From Chthoniobacterales bacterium (GTDB lineage: Bacteria > Verrucomicrobiota > Verrucomicrobiia > Chthoniobacterales > UBA10450): a stretch of 50,476 bases of DNA. Each line of letters begins with the position of its first letter. The stretch's first letter is position 1. Made by a program: the position numbers and the translations under genes. Shown here piece after piece: positions 7,394-16,085 of the stretch. The notes below the pieces were generated by a model. It saw nothing but the letters and a program-made list of their open reading frames with translations. It was not told the DNA's origin and did not search any database. The stretch lies in the NCBI GenBank assembly GCA_038214915.1, contig JBBQRI010000001.1, forward strand, positions 1-50,476, given 5' to 3'.

Positions 7394-8251
7394 TTGAGAC
7401 CCGTGTTCAGCTTGACTATGCTCGGCAGCGGGAGCGCGGGAAACAGCGCGCTGGTCGCGACTGATCATTGCAAGGTTCTCATCGACGGCGGACTAAGCGC
7501 GCGACAATTGGTGTTGCGCCTTGAACTCTGCGGCGTCACGCCGGAGCAACTTGATGGCGTCCTTCTGACACACGAGCACGGCGATCACATCTGCGGACTC
7601 GAAGTTCTCTGCCGAAAATTCAATGTGCCGATTTATTCCAATGCATTAACGGCGGAATCGGTTCGCGGTGACGGAGCATTCGAGGCGCACCGCAACTGGC
7701 GGATCTTTGCGACCGGCGCCGAGTTTTCTATTTGCGATATCACTGTGCAAACGTTCCCCGTCCCGCACGACGCGGTGGACCCGCTGGGGTTCGTGTTTCA
7801 CGCCGGCTCAGGCAGCCTCGGGTTTATTACCGACCTCGGTTACGTGACCAAGTTAATCGTCGAACGCTTGCGAGAAGTGCAAACGCTCGTGATCGAGACT
7901 AATCACGACGAAAAACTTTTGCAGAACGACACGCACCGGCCCTGGCCGGTGAAACAGCGCATCCAGTCGCGGCACGGACATCTGTCCAACACGGCTGCGG
8001 CGGGCGTGATCGAGGACTTGTTACCCGGAAAAATCGACCGCGTCGTGCTGGGGCATCTCAGCCGTGATTGCAACACGCCGGCACTCGCATTAAGCACGGT
8101 GCGGGCGTCGCTCGAGAAGTGCGGCAGGAACGACGTCGAAACTTATTGCGCCACGCAATTCGAAATCAGTTCCCGATTCCGGATCGGCGCGACCAAGTCT
8201 GGTGCGTTTCAACCGACTTTCGAAAACGCGTTCTTTCAAAACGCGCTGTAG
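7394..8251 (+). CDS. MBL-fold metallo-hydrolase (YycJ/PhnP-like)
   Basis: 285-aa ORF with a TTG start. It has the HxHxDH motif LLTHEHGDHICG, an N-terminal LGSGSAGNS, and a C-terminal HGHLSN. Confidence 0.85.
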   Translation: MRPVFSLTMLGSGSAGNSALVATDHCKVLIDGGLSARQLVLRLELCGVTPEQLDGVLLTHEHGDHICGLEVLCRKFNVPIYSNALTAESVRGDGAFEAHRNWRIFATGAEFSICDITVQTFPVPHDAVDPLGFVFHAGSGSLGFITDLGYVTKLIVERLREVQTLVIETNHDEKLLQNDTHRPWPVKQRIQSRHGHLSNTAAAGVIEDLLPGKIDRVVLGHLSRDCNTPALALSTVRASLEKCGRNDVETYCATQFEISSRFRIGATKSGAFQPTFENAFFQNAL

Positions 8252-8361
8252 CAGCTTTCTCCCGTGTCACGCCGTAGCGACGAAGGCCCACGTCTGCCGC
8301 GGCATTTCGGACTGCGCAGTGACATACTTGCGACCCCGTCTGGTTCGTGTGATGACCAAGT

Positions 8362-8748
8362 ATGTATGCGGTTGAGCTCGACCAATCGAAACGCCTACTG
8401 GTGATCAGCGCTGCGCAAAGGGTCACGGCCGAGGAAGCAAACCTAGCCGCGCAACGGATCCGTGAGCTGTTGCAGGACGTCGCGCCCGGGTTTCACGTTC
8501 TGGCGGATTTCCGCTGGCTTGAGTCAATGGATTCCGCAGCGGCGCGGCACATCGCCGAGATAATGGACGCGATCGCCGAGAAAAATGTCGCCTCGGTCAC
8601 GCGAGTGATGCCCGATCCGCACAAGGACATCGGTCTCAATATCCTGTCGCAATTCCATTATGGAGCGAACGTGAAGATCGCGACCTTCGAAACCTTGGCT
8701 GATGCGCTGCAAAATATTGCAGCGGAAGTAGACTCTCCGTCTGCTTAA
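8362..8748 (+). CDS. Hypothetical protein, possibly STAS/SpoIIAA-like fold
   Basis: 128-aa ORF with coding-like composition. The layout (short strand, helix, ADFRWLESMD...) resembles STAS-like domains. The assignment is weak. Confidence 0.45.
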   Translation: MYAVELDQSKRLLVISAAQRVTAEEANLAAQRIRELLQDVAPGFHVLADFRWLESMDSAAARHIAEIMDAIAEKNVASVTRVMPDPHKDIGLNILSQFHYGANVKIATFETLADALQNIAAEVDSPSA

Positions 8749-9440
8749 TACCGCTCGGCTCCAAGCTTGTTTCCAGCCTTAACCGCTTCGGGTTCGGTCA
8801 TGTATTGACCTTTTTTCGTGGTCCCGTAGAAACGCGAGCCTTCCTTGTGATAAACGTGCGTCTCGGTGTTAACCCAAACCTTGCCGTGGCCTCCGCCAGG
8901 CGCGGGCGCTTTCGTCGCTACCTGAGTGCTCGTGTTTTTCGCTGGGGCTGGGCCCGCGGCGGCGGGACTGGCTGCTGCCGTCGAGGTTTTCGGTTTGAAC
9001 AAATCGCTGAGGTTGAATTTAGCTGGTGACGCTGATGCCGAAGGACTTGCCACTGCTGCGGCGCCGGCCTTTGTCTGAGCGTGTTTTCCCTTGGGGGAAG
9101 CTGCCGGTGAGCCGGCTGGACTTGCCACTGCTGCAGCGCCGGTCTTTGTCTGGGCGTGTTTTCCCTTTGGGGAAGCTGCAGGTGACGCGGCTGGACTTGC
9201 TGCTGTTGCAGCGTCGGCTTGTCTGAGAGCGCGCTTCGCTTTGGGCGAAGTTGCGGGTGAGGCAGCCGCTGAAGGCGATGCGGCGGTCTCAGCTGCCGAG
9301 GCTTTCGTCTCGGCTTTCTTATGTGCCCGTTTCGTTGGCTCTTTCGCTGGTGATTCGCCCGGACTGGGTGACTGATCTTGCGCGATACAAACTCCGGCGA
9401 ACCCGATTAGGCAAAGCAGAGCAAAGATTTTTGTGGTCAT
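8745..9440 (-). CDS. Secreted low-complexity Ala/Ser/Pro/Lys repeat protein with a conserved small C-terminal domain
   Basis: The signal peptide is MTTKIFALLCLIGFAGVCIAQ. The body carries 25-aa tandem repeats (ASPKGKHAQTK.GAAAVASP...). The C-terminus is VWVNTETHVYHKEGSRFYGTTKKGQYMTEPEAVKAGNK, a motif I recognise from small secreted bacterial proteins. Confidence 0.7.
   Translation of the reverse strand: MTTKIFALLCLIGFAGVCIAQDQSPSPGESPAKEPTKRAHKKAETKASAAETAASPSAAASPATSPKAKRALRQADAATAASPAASPAASPKGKHAQTKTGAAAVASPAGSPAASPKGKHAQTKAGAAAVASPSASASPAKFNLSDLFKPKTSTAAASPAAAGPAPAKNTSTQVATKAPAPGGGHGKVWVNTETHVYHKEGSRFYGTTKKGQYMTEPEAVKAGNKLGAERY
9043..9270. repeat. 75-bp tandem repeat, about 3 units (third degenerate), inside the CDS
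   Basis: Units start with GGACTTGCC at 9043, 9118 and 9193. Units 1 and 2 differ at only a few positions. Confidence 0.8.
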
Positions 9441-9523
9441 AATGATTATCGTAAACAGACCGCAGAATTTCAGTCAACACATTCCCAAGGGGAATCATTG
9501 GGCTCGAATCGTGGTGGGTTCGG

Positions 9524-9841
9524 ATGAACGAATGTGCTGCACTCGCGTGGCTGGCCCTTCGCCTCCAGGCAAGAGAGATTGCAGCACCGGACTTGAGCGA
9601 GCCGGTCGTCTGCGCTACCCTCTGCCCGGTGGACCTGACTCTGGGATGCCTCAAGTGGGCTGCGGTGGGTTTCGTCGTCGCCTTTGCCCTGCTGAAATTA
9701 TTCGAGGCCAGTCACCTTCACGACGACATTCCCAAACCAGCGTTCAAACTACGGCAGACCAAGCGCGCCACGCTCGTTTTATCGACATTCGCAGCAATGC
9801 TTTCCGCGTTGGTGTGGCTGCTCGTGCAGAAATTGGACTGA
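9524..9841 (+). CDS. Possible small membrane protein (2 TM)
   Basis: The ORF fills an otherwise empty gap. It has two hydrophobic helices (LKWAAVGFVVAFALLKLF, ATLVLSTFAAMLSALVWLLV). The start is uncertain (an internal GTG is possible) and I recognise no family. Confidence 0.3.
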   Translation: MNECAALAWLALRLQAREIAAPDLSEPVVCATLCPVDLTLGCLKWAAVGFVVAFALLKLFEASHLHDDIPKPAFKLRQTKRATLVLSTFAAMLSALVWLLVQKLD

Positions 9842-9878
9842 TCCGCCTTCGCGAAGGCTACCGGGGACAAAGGCTAGA

Positions 9879-10634
9879 TCACCGCAAGTAAAATCCGCCG
9901 TTCACGTTGAGCACGTGTCCGGTAATGTAACTTGCCATTGGCGACGCCAGGAACAAAGCCGCGTCGACAATCTCGTGAGCTTCGCCCAGGCGGCCGAGCG
10001 GAATTTGTTTAATGAAGTTCTGCGTCACTTCCTCGGGCATGCCTTTGCTCATTCCTACATCGATGAATCCAGGCGCAATTGCGTTCACGGTTATGTTCTG
10101 CCGCGCAAACTCGCGTGCTGAAACTTTGGTCAGCGCAATAATTCCGGCTTTGCTCGACGAATAATTCGCCTGGCCAAACAATCCCATCTGTCCGCTCACG
10201 GACGACATGTTGATCACTCGTCCGCCGTTGCGCAGAAGCGCCGCTGCTTTCTGCGTGACTGTGAACGTCCCGATGAGATTGACGCGGATGACGCTCTCGA
10301 ATTCGTCCGGAGACATCTTTTTAATGGTGCGATCGCTGATAATCCCGGAATTATTTACCAGGATATCGAGCCCGCCGCGCTGATCCTGTATCTGCTTCAT
10401 CATCGCTTCGACCTGCTGCGGCTGCGTCACGTCGCACTCGATTACCAGCGGTTCATTCAGTTCCTTCGCTACAGCGAGAGCATCGGCTTTATTTTGTCCC
10501 TGCGCGTCGGCGAGGTAATTCACCACGCATTGTGCGCCGCGTGTCCCGAAACCTCTAATCATCTCCGCGCCAATACCGCGCGAGCTGCCCGTAACCAGAG
10601 TAACTTTCCCGGTGAAATCGAGAGGATCTTTCAT
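9879..10634 (-). CDS. SDR-family oxidoreductase, 3-oxoacyl-ACP reductase (FabG)-like
   Basis: Motifs are TGSSRGIG, NNSGI and the catalytic YSSSKAG. The ATG at 10634 overlaps the upstream stop (ATGA). Confidence 0.85.
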   Translation of the reverse strand: MKDPLDFTGKVTLVTGSSRGIGAEMIRGFGTRGAQCVVNYLADAQGQNKADALAVAKELNEPLVIECDVTQPQQVEAMMKQIQDQRGGLDILVNNSGIISDRTIKKMSPDEFESVIRVNLIGTFTVTQKAAALLRNGGRVINMSSVSGQMGLFGQANYSSSKAGIIALTKVSAREFARQNITVNAIAPGFIDVGMSKGMPEEVTQNFIKQIPLGRLGEAHEIVDAALFLASPMASYITGHVLNVNGGFYLR

Positions 10635-11101
10635 GACGATTGCCGCGTTGGTTGAGAGTACCGGTGCACAATCAATGCGCACGGCAATCCGATCAACGAA
10701 ATATGAATCGCAACGGCGAGCAACTCGTTCCCCATCCGGTGTCGAAACGTTGGAAAGGCCGTTGGCAATACGAACCAGTACATCACAATGTAAACGCCGA
10801 TCCCGTACAACACACCGGACACAACAGGATGAATCGTCAGAAATTCAATCTTCCGGCTGGCCAGGTAAAAAACCGATACAACCACAAACGCAACGAAAAA
10901 ATGGAGCCCCAGACCGAGGCCAGCCGTTACCAATCCGCCATCGAACGAGCTCGCACCCAGCAATCCTACGGCGATTCCCTGCAATCCGCGCTGCGCCCCT
11001 ACGCCGCGTTGCCACCAGATCACGAACGCGGAAGAGATGTCCAAAACACCAACGACCAGACCGGCAGTAAGGATTGCGCGAAACGCTTTGGATTTTTTCA
11101 T
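10631..11101 (-). CDS. Membrane protein of unknown function (4 predicted TM)
   Basis: 156-aa hydrophobic ORF, translationally coupled to the SDR gene by a 4-nt overlap. Confidence 0.6.
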   Translation of the reverse strand: MKKSKAFRAILTAGLVVGVLDISSAFVIWWQRGVGAQRGLQGIAVGLLGASSFDGGLVTAGLGLGLHFFVAFVVVSVFYLASRKIEFLTIHPVVSGVLYGIGVYIVMYWFVLPTAFPTFRHRMGNELLAVAIHISLIGLPCALIVHRYSQPTRQSS

Positions 11102-11248
11102 GTGATTGTGGCGGAGCTTACTCAGGAAAACAGAAAATCAGGAAGCAGAAACAATCGCGGCGACAATGGACCAGTTGATGCAAATCTGTAATCTGCGCTG
11201 CAACGGACGCGAAGCGATGGTCAGGCTCTCAAATCTGTGCACACTAAT

Positions 11249-11300
11249 CAGGAAAACAGGAACGGGAGATAGACATTTCCTCAGTTTTCCTGTTTTCCTG
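11249..11300. promoter_or_regulatory. 14-bp perfect inverted repeat in the divergent intergenic region upstream of the mutase operon (CAGGAAAACAGGAA ... TTCCTGTTTTCCTG, 24-nt spacer)
   Basis: The arms lie at 11249-11262 and 11287-11300. A third partial direct copy, TCAGGAAAACAG, is at 11122-11133. The repeat ends 24 nt before the start at 11324. Confidence 0.35.
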
Positions 11301-11323
11301 GATTCCAGATTTGTTGTTAGCTC

Positions 11324-12553
11324 TTGGAAGAAATGCCTTCGCCCATTCGAATTCTAACCGCAGTCCCGATTTGTGATGGCCACGACAGTGCGATCAACAC
11401 GATCAACCTGGAGTTCATCCGGCACGGGATCGAAGTAATTTATCTCGGCTATCACCGCTCGGTTGCCGACATCGTCCGTGCCGCCATCCAGGAGGACGTG
11501 CGGGCAATTGGCATATCGAGTTACAACGGTGGGCACATCGAATTTTTCGCGGCCGTGGTCGATCTTTTGCGCAAAAAGGGCGCGGACGATATCAAGGTTT
11601 TCGGGGGAGGCGGCGGCACCATCACGCGCGACGACGCGGCAATGATGAGACGCAAAGGCGTAGACGAGATTTTCTTTGCCGGCACGTCACTCGACGACAT
11701 GGTGAAATTTGTGTATCGGCGTTATGCCAAGCCTCGAACGAAACGGCCGCGCCCAAAATCCGTCGATCAGGAGCTGGCACACAAACTAACTCAAATTGAA
11801 GATGCACAGGCCAGGGGAAAACGCACAACGCCCAACACAGTCAAAGGACGCCAAACATCAAACATCGAACATCGATCGTCGAAAGTGATCGGTTTCACCG
11901 GGCCGGGCGGCGCGGGAAAGACGACGTTGATCGACGAGCTCGTCCTGCGGTTTCTGAATCGAAATCCCGAGGGCCGAATCGCGATTTTGTCGCACGACCC
12001 CAGCGTAGTCGGCAAAGGCGCGTTGCTGGGCGACCGCGCGACGATGATCAATTCGCAGGATAATCGCGTGTTCATGCGCAGCATGGCCACGCGCGGACAG
12101 CCGGGCGGACTCTCGCCCGCAACGCACGATTGTCTCGCGTTGCTGGCACAGTCGGATTTCGATTACGTCATTATCGAGACCGTGGGCACCGGCCAGGAGG
12201 CGATGCCGTTCCAAAAAAATGGCATTGTTGATTCAACCGTGCTGGTGATGAATCCCGACTACGGCAGCCGGTTGCAATTGCAAAAGATCGTGATGCTCGA
12301 TCTGGCTGACATCGTGGTGGTGAACAAGAGCGATCTCCAGCGGGCGCGCACTGCGCATTCGGAAATCGAGCAGCGCCTCGATCAAAACCGGCGAGACCAG
12401 CAACTGGTCGATACCGTTGCAAAACGGCACCGCGACTCTGGCGTGGACCGATTGTTTGAGTTAATCTCAAACAGATCTGTAGCGGCGGTTTCCTCGTCAG
12501 GTCGGAGTGGCGCGAAGCCGGATGACCGCCGATCAAAACGGCGACGGCGCTGA
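11324..12553 (+). CDS. B12-binding domain fused to a MeaB/ArgK-type G-protein chaperone (N-terminal two-thirds of an IcmF-like mutase)
   Basis: The B12-binding motif is ICDGHDSAIN in a Rossmann-like segment. A basic linker follows. The GTPase has P-loop GPGGAGKTT, ETVGTGQ and NKSD motifs. Confidence 0.85.
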   Translation: MEEMPSPIRILTAVPICDGHDSAINTINLEFIRHGIEVIYLGYHRSVADIVRAAIQEDVRAIGISSYNGGHIEFFAAVVDLLRKKGADDIKVFGGGGGTITRDDAAMMRRKGVDEIFFAGTSLDDMVKFVYRRYAKPRTKRPRPKSVDQELAHKLTQIEDAQARGKRTTPNTVKGRQTSNIEHRSSKVIGFTGPGGAGKTTLIDELVLRFLNRNPEGRIAILSHDPSVVGKGALLGDRATMINSQDNRVFMRSMATRGQPGGLSPATHDCLALLAQSDFDYVIIETVGTGQEAMPFQKNGIVDSTVLVMNPDYGSRLQLQKIVMLDLADIVVVNKSDLQRARTAHSEIEQRLDQNRRDQQLVDTVAKRHRDSGVDRLFELISNRSVAAVSSSGRSGAKPDDRRSKRRRR

Positions 12554-12584
12554 TAGAGCGCCGCTACAGCAGGAGGAGAACGCT

Positions 12585-14381
12585 ATGAGCAAGCTCGGAC
12601 AAGTCGTCGAATCGGTCGAAAATTATAACAAATTCGTTCTCGATCAGGTGAAGCGGGCGCGCACCGATCAAAAATTCGGGCGCGATCTGCTTGGACGTTG
12701 GAACGATACAAAAGCGAAAATCCCGGTTGCGCGCACGCCGACCGGTTTGTCGCTGCCGCGCCTCGCGTTACCTGAGATCGACGAACCGGGCGAGATTGCG
12801 CGTTTCATTTTCGGTGAAGGATTGCCGGGCGAGTTTCCTTACCTCAACGCCGCGTATCCCGAGATGTATCTCGAGCCGATCCGCGAGATTGAGAGTTTTG
12901 AGAAGAACGGCGAAAAGACGGGCAAGAAGATTCCGCAACTTGAAGAGCCTACGCGTCTGTTCTCCGGATTGATGCTGGCTGAAGACACGAACGAGCGGTT
13001 CCACTATCTAACGCGCCACCAGCGCACCCATCGGCTTAGCACGGCATTCGATGGGCCGACACTTTACGGGCTCGACAGCGATGCCGACGGTGTTTTCGGG
13101 AAGATCGGCGAGGGCGGCGTGGCGATCGACACGGTCGAAGACATGGTGCGGCTTTACGATGGGTTTGATCTCGGATCCCCGAATTTTTCCGCTTCAATGA
13201 CGATAAGCGGCCCGGCGCCCATGGTCATGGCCATGTACATCGCTGCAGCCAAGCGGCGATTTGGTCCTAAGGTCGTTCCGAAATTACGCGGCACGGTTCA
13301 GGCCGACATTTTTAAGGAGGTCCAGGCGCAGAACGAAACCATTTTTCCGATCGAGCCGTCGCTCCGGTTCCTCACCGACATGGTGGAGTTTACTACGCGC
13401 GATATGCCGCGCTGGTATCCAATCTCGATCAGCGGTTATCACATCGGCGAGGCCGGCTCGACACCGGTGCAACAGGCTGCTTACACGCTATCGAACGGCT
13501 TTGCTTACGCGGAAATGTTCGCCGCGCGCGGAATCCCGGTCGATCAATTCGGGCCGCGCCTTTCGTTCTTTCTCGATTGCGGACTCGACGCGGAGTACAT
13601 CGCGCTCGGGCGCGTGTCGCGCCGCATCTGGGCAATCGGGATGCGCGACGTGTTCGGCGCAGGTCCGAGAGCGCAGCTGTGCAAATTGCACACGCAAACC
13701 AGCGGACGCTCGTTAATTGCCGCCGAATTCAAAAACAATCTCACCCGAACCGCCACGGAACTGATTTTGTCCTACATGAACGCCACGAACTCGTGTCATT
13801 CCAACAGCGCGGATGAACCGTTCACAACGCCTAGCGAAGAATGGATACGTCTCGCCGCGCATGGGCAGGCGATCTTGCTCGAGGAGTCCGGCATTTTCAA
13901 ACACACAATGAACATGCTGAGCGGTTCGCCCGGCATGAAAGCGGTCGAGCGCGCAGTGGAAGTGGCGATCCTGGAAGAGTTCCGCGAAATCGAACGGCTC
14001 GGGGGCGTGCTCGCAGCGGTGGAAGAACGGTATCAGCGGAGCCAGATCCAAAACGCAGCGCATAAGTACGAACAGCAAATCTACGACGGGACGCGCCCAA
14101 TCATCGGATTGAACAAGTACCGCGACGGCGACGACGACGCTCCGGAAGTAAAGCTTGCACGTACGCCGCGGGCGAAACAGCAGTTGCAGGTCGATCGGGT
14201 CCGCAAATTCAAAAAGAAAAACGCCGAGAAGGCGAAACGTGCATTGGACGAGCTAGCTGCGGTCGCCGAGCGCGGCAAGAACGTTTTCCCTGCTCTGCTT
14301 GAAGCGGCCGAAGTTTGTTCGTTAGGCCAGATCACCGGCCGTTTGCAGGAAGTCGTCGGCCGTTTTCGACCGATGGTGTGA
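12585..14381 (+). CDS. Acyl-CoA mutase substrate-binding (TIM-barrel) subunit, IcmF-like
   Basis: The ATG at 12585 has an AGGAGGAG RBS. Motifs GLPGEFPY, TRLFSG, RLSTAFDGPTLYG, ISGYHIGEAG and HTQTSGRSL resemble isobutyryl-CoA mutase (IcmF) more than methylmalonyl-CoA mutase. Confidence 0.85.
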   Translation: MSKLGQVVESVENYNKFVLDQVKRARTDQKFGRDLLGRWNDTKAKIPVARTPTGLSLPRLALPEIDEPGEIARFIFGEGLPGEFPYLNAAYPEMYLEPIREIESFEKNGEKTGKKIPQLEEPTRLFSGLMLAEDTNERFHYLTRHQRTHRLSTAFDGPTLYGLDSDADGVFGKIGEGGVAIDTVEDMVRLYDGFDLGSPNFSASMTISGPAPMVMAMYIAAAKRRFGPKVVPKLRGTVQADIFKEVQAQNETIFPIEPSLRFLTDMVEFTTRDMPRWYPISISGYHIGEAGSTPVQQAAYTLSNGFAYAEMFAARGIPVDQFGPRLSFFLDCGLDAEYIALGRVSRRIWAIGMRDVFGAGPRAQLCKLHTQTSGRSLIAAEFKNNLTRTATELILSYMNATNSCHSNSADEPFTTPSEEWIRLAAHGQAILLEESGIFKHTMNMLSGSPGMKAVERAVEVAILEEFREIERLGGVLAAVEERYQRSQIQNAAHKYEQQIYDGTRPIIGLNKYRDGDDDAPEVKLARTPRAKQQLQVDRVRKFKKKNAEKAKRALDELAAVAERGKNVFPALLEAAEVCSLGQITGRLQEVVGRFRPMV

Positions 14382-14399
14382 AACATCAAATGCCGTAGT

Positions 14400-14419
14400 G
14401 TGCGCTGTCCTCAGCGCAC
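14400..14419. terminator. Hairpin between convergent genes (GTGCGCTG-TCCT-CAGCGCAC) with an outer CATCAA/TTGATG extension
   Basis: 8-bp perfect stem, 19 nt after the mutase stop. The outer 6-bp arms are at 14384-14389 and 14420-14425. Confidence 0.4.
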
Positions 14420-14494
14420 TTGATGCCGAAGGCGCGGCGCCGACGAATGCACTCACACTGCTGAAAATGTTGCACTAAGAGTCGATAGTCGCGG

Positions 14495-15306
14495 TTATGT
14501 GGACGGCGTAGCTTTGGAATGCGCTCGCTTCTGGCAATGCGCGCAAAACCATGAAGTGCGACCGCCGATTGTTGCTGATTTCAACGCGCGACCGCAGCGC
14601 GGACAGCTGCCGAGTTTTCCACGATGCGGAAGCAGCCACGATTTCGGTAAACGATTGAAATCGGTTTTCAACGCAATTGCTTTCTCCAGCACATAGCGCG
14701 TTGCACGAAACAACACCCTCAGATCCTTGTCACTCAAACTGGCCGCCGCAATGGCCGGGTGCATGCGTGCGCGGAAAAGAATTTCGTCCGCGTAAAGGTT
14801 GCCGATTCCAGCGATCAGCTGCTGGTTCAACAAGATCGCTTTCACTGCGCCGCGATGCATTCGGAAGATCGTTTTGAACTCGGAGCGACCGACATCGAGC
14901 GCGTCTGGACCGATGCGGCGTCTTGCAGGAACTCATCCACATCCTTGATCAACTCGACCTCGCCAAATTTTCGTTGATCGTCAAACGCGAGCCGGCGGTT
15001 GTTCGCGAAACTAAAAAGGACGCGCGCAGTGGTCGGCGTTTCTTCGTCGCGCTTGAGATACTGAAGCCAGCCGGTCATGCCGAAATGCAACCGTAACCAG
15101 AGCTCATTATCAGCGCGCACAAACAAATGTTTGCCGTGCCGGCGACTGTTTTCGAAGCGGCGCCCTTTCAGTCGCCGTGCCAGCTCACGCGGGGAAACGT
15201 GTTTCAAGACATACGCGTCTCGCACCTCGACACCGATGATCCTCTGATGCAACGAGGTGCTGTCCAGGTATCGTTTGAACGTTTCGACTTCGGGCAGCTC
15301 TGGCAT
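14495..15306 (-). pseudogene. mutM: Formamidopyrimidine-DNA glycosylase (Fpg/MutM), split by a frameshift
   Basis: The N-terminal ORF carries the catalytic MPELPEVET and stops at 14842. The second frame carries GPDAL..., H2TH (LLNQQLIAGIGNLYADEILF) and the zinc finger CPRCG...CAHCQ. The frames switch between about 14912 and 14932. Confidence 0.7.
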
Positions 15307-15335
15307 CGCGCTTACGTTTGCACTTAGTTCAGGTG

Positions 15336-16073
15336 ATGTCCCGCAAGCAGCTGGATAGATTTCTGCGACTGTTAACAGCGCCCCCTTCCGGCGCGGTGTT
15401 CAATCCGTGGTGGCAAATCGACGAGGAAAACGACATCGGCCGAATTGCACCAATCATCCGACGCCAACAATTACGCGCTTACGTGCAAGAACGCCTGGGA
15501 CGCGCGAAGCTCGTCGTCATTGGCGAAGCTCTCGGTTACCGCGGCGGTCATTTCACTGGAATCCCGATGACTTCGGAGCGCATGCTGCTCGGCAAACACA
15601 CCGACATTGTAGCGGCGCTCTGTGAGCGCCGAAATCTCCAGCGCGATTATCCAGGCGACGGCGGTCACAGACCGCCGCTACTGATTCTTGGCATCAAGCC
15701 ACGCCGCACGAGCAAACCGAGTGTTTGTCCAAATGGTTTTTCGGAACCGACCGCGACGATTGGCTGGGGCGCGTTGCTGAAGGTTGGCGTGCCGCCGGAC
15801 GAGTTCGTATTGTGGAATGCGTTCCCCTGGCATTCATTCGATCCGCACCGCGGGCCGTTGAGCAATCGTATGCCTAACAAGTCGGAGCAACTTTCCGGTC
15901 GCCCTGTGCTGAAGGCCTTCCTCGAATTATTTCCTTGCGAGCAAATCGTCGCTCTGGGAAAAATCGCCGGCGCGCAGCTCGAGCAACTCGGTATTAACGC
16001 GCACTGCGTTCGTCACCCAGCATCCGGTGGGGCAAAACTTTTTCGCCAGCAAATCGCCAAGATCGTTCGCTGA
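15336..16073 (+). CDS. Uracil-DNA glycosylase superfamily protein
   Basis: It has a GEALGYRGGHFTGIPMTSE motif (GEAPG-like motif A), then NAFPWH, and a C-terminal HPASGG (motif B-like). It is divergent from mutM across a ~30-nt gap; an alternative TTG start is at 15318. Confidence 0.7.
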   Translation: MSRKQLDRFLRLLTAPPSGAVFNPWWQIDEENDIGRIAPIIRRQQLRAYVQERLGRAKLVVIGEALGYRGGHFTGIPMTSERMLLGKHTDIVAALCERRNLQRDYPGDGGHRPPLLILGIKPRRTSKPSVCPNGFSEPTATIGWGALLKVGVPPDEFVLWNAFPWHSFDPHRGPLSNRMPNKSEQLSGRPVLKAFLELFPCEQIVALGKIAGAQLEQLGINAHCVRHPASGGAKLFRQQIAKIVR

Positions 16074-16085
16074 TCGTGCGGCAAA

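Noticed and set aside
9043-9270. Tandem 75-bp repeats that might suggest a CRISPR-like array
   Set aside because: The units are contiguous with no unique spacers. They lie entirely inside a coding frame and translate to a 25-aa protein repeat.
11102-11323. Possible cobalamin riboswitch upstream of the B12-dependent mutase operon
   Set aside because: I see no B12-box-like sequence or multi-stem architecture, only a simple 14-bp inverted repeat. The region is also too short for the riboswitch.
12483-12585. Programmed ribosomal frameshift joining the two mutase ORFs
   Set aside because: I see no slippery heptamer or downstream structure. The strong RBS and ATG at 12585 make independent initiation the simpler explanation.
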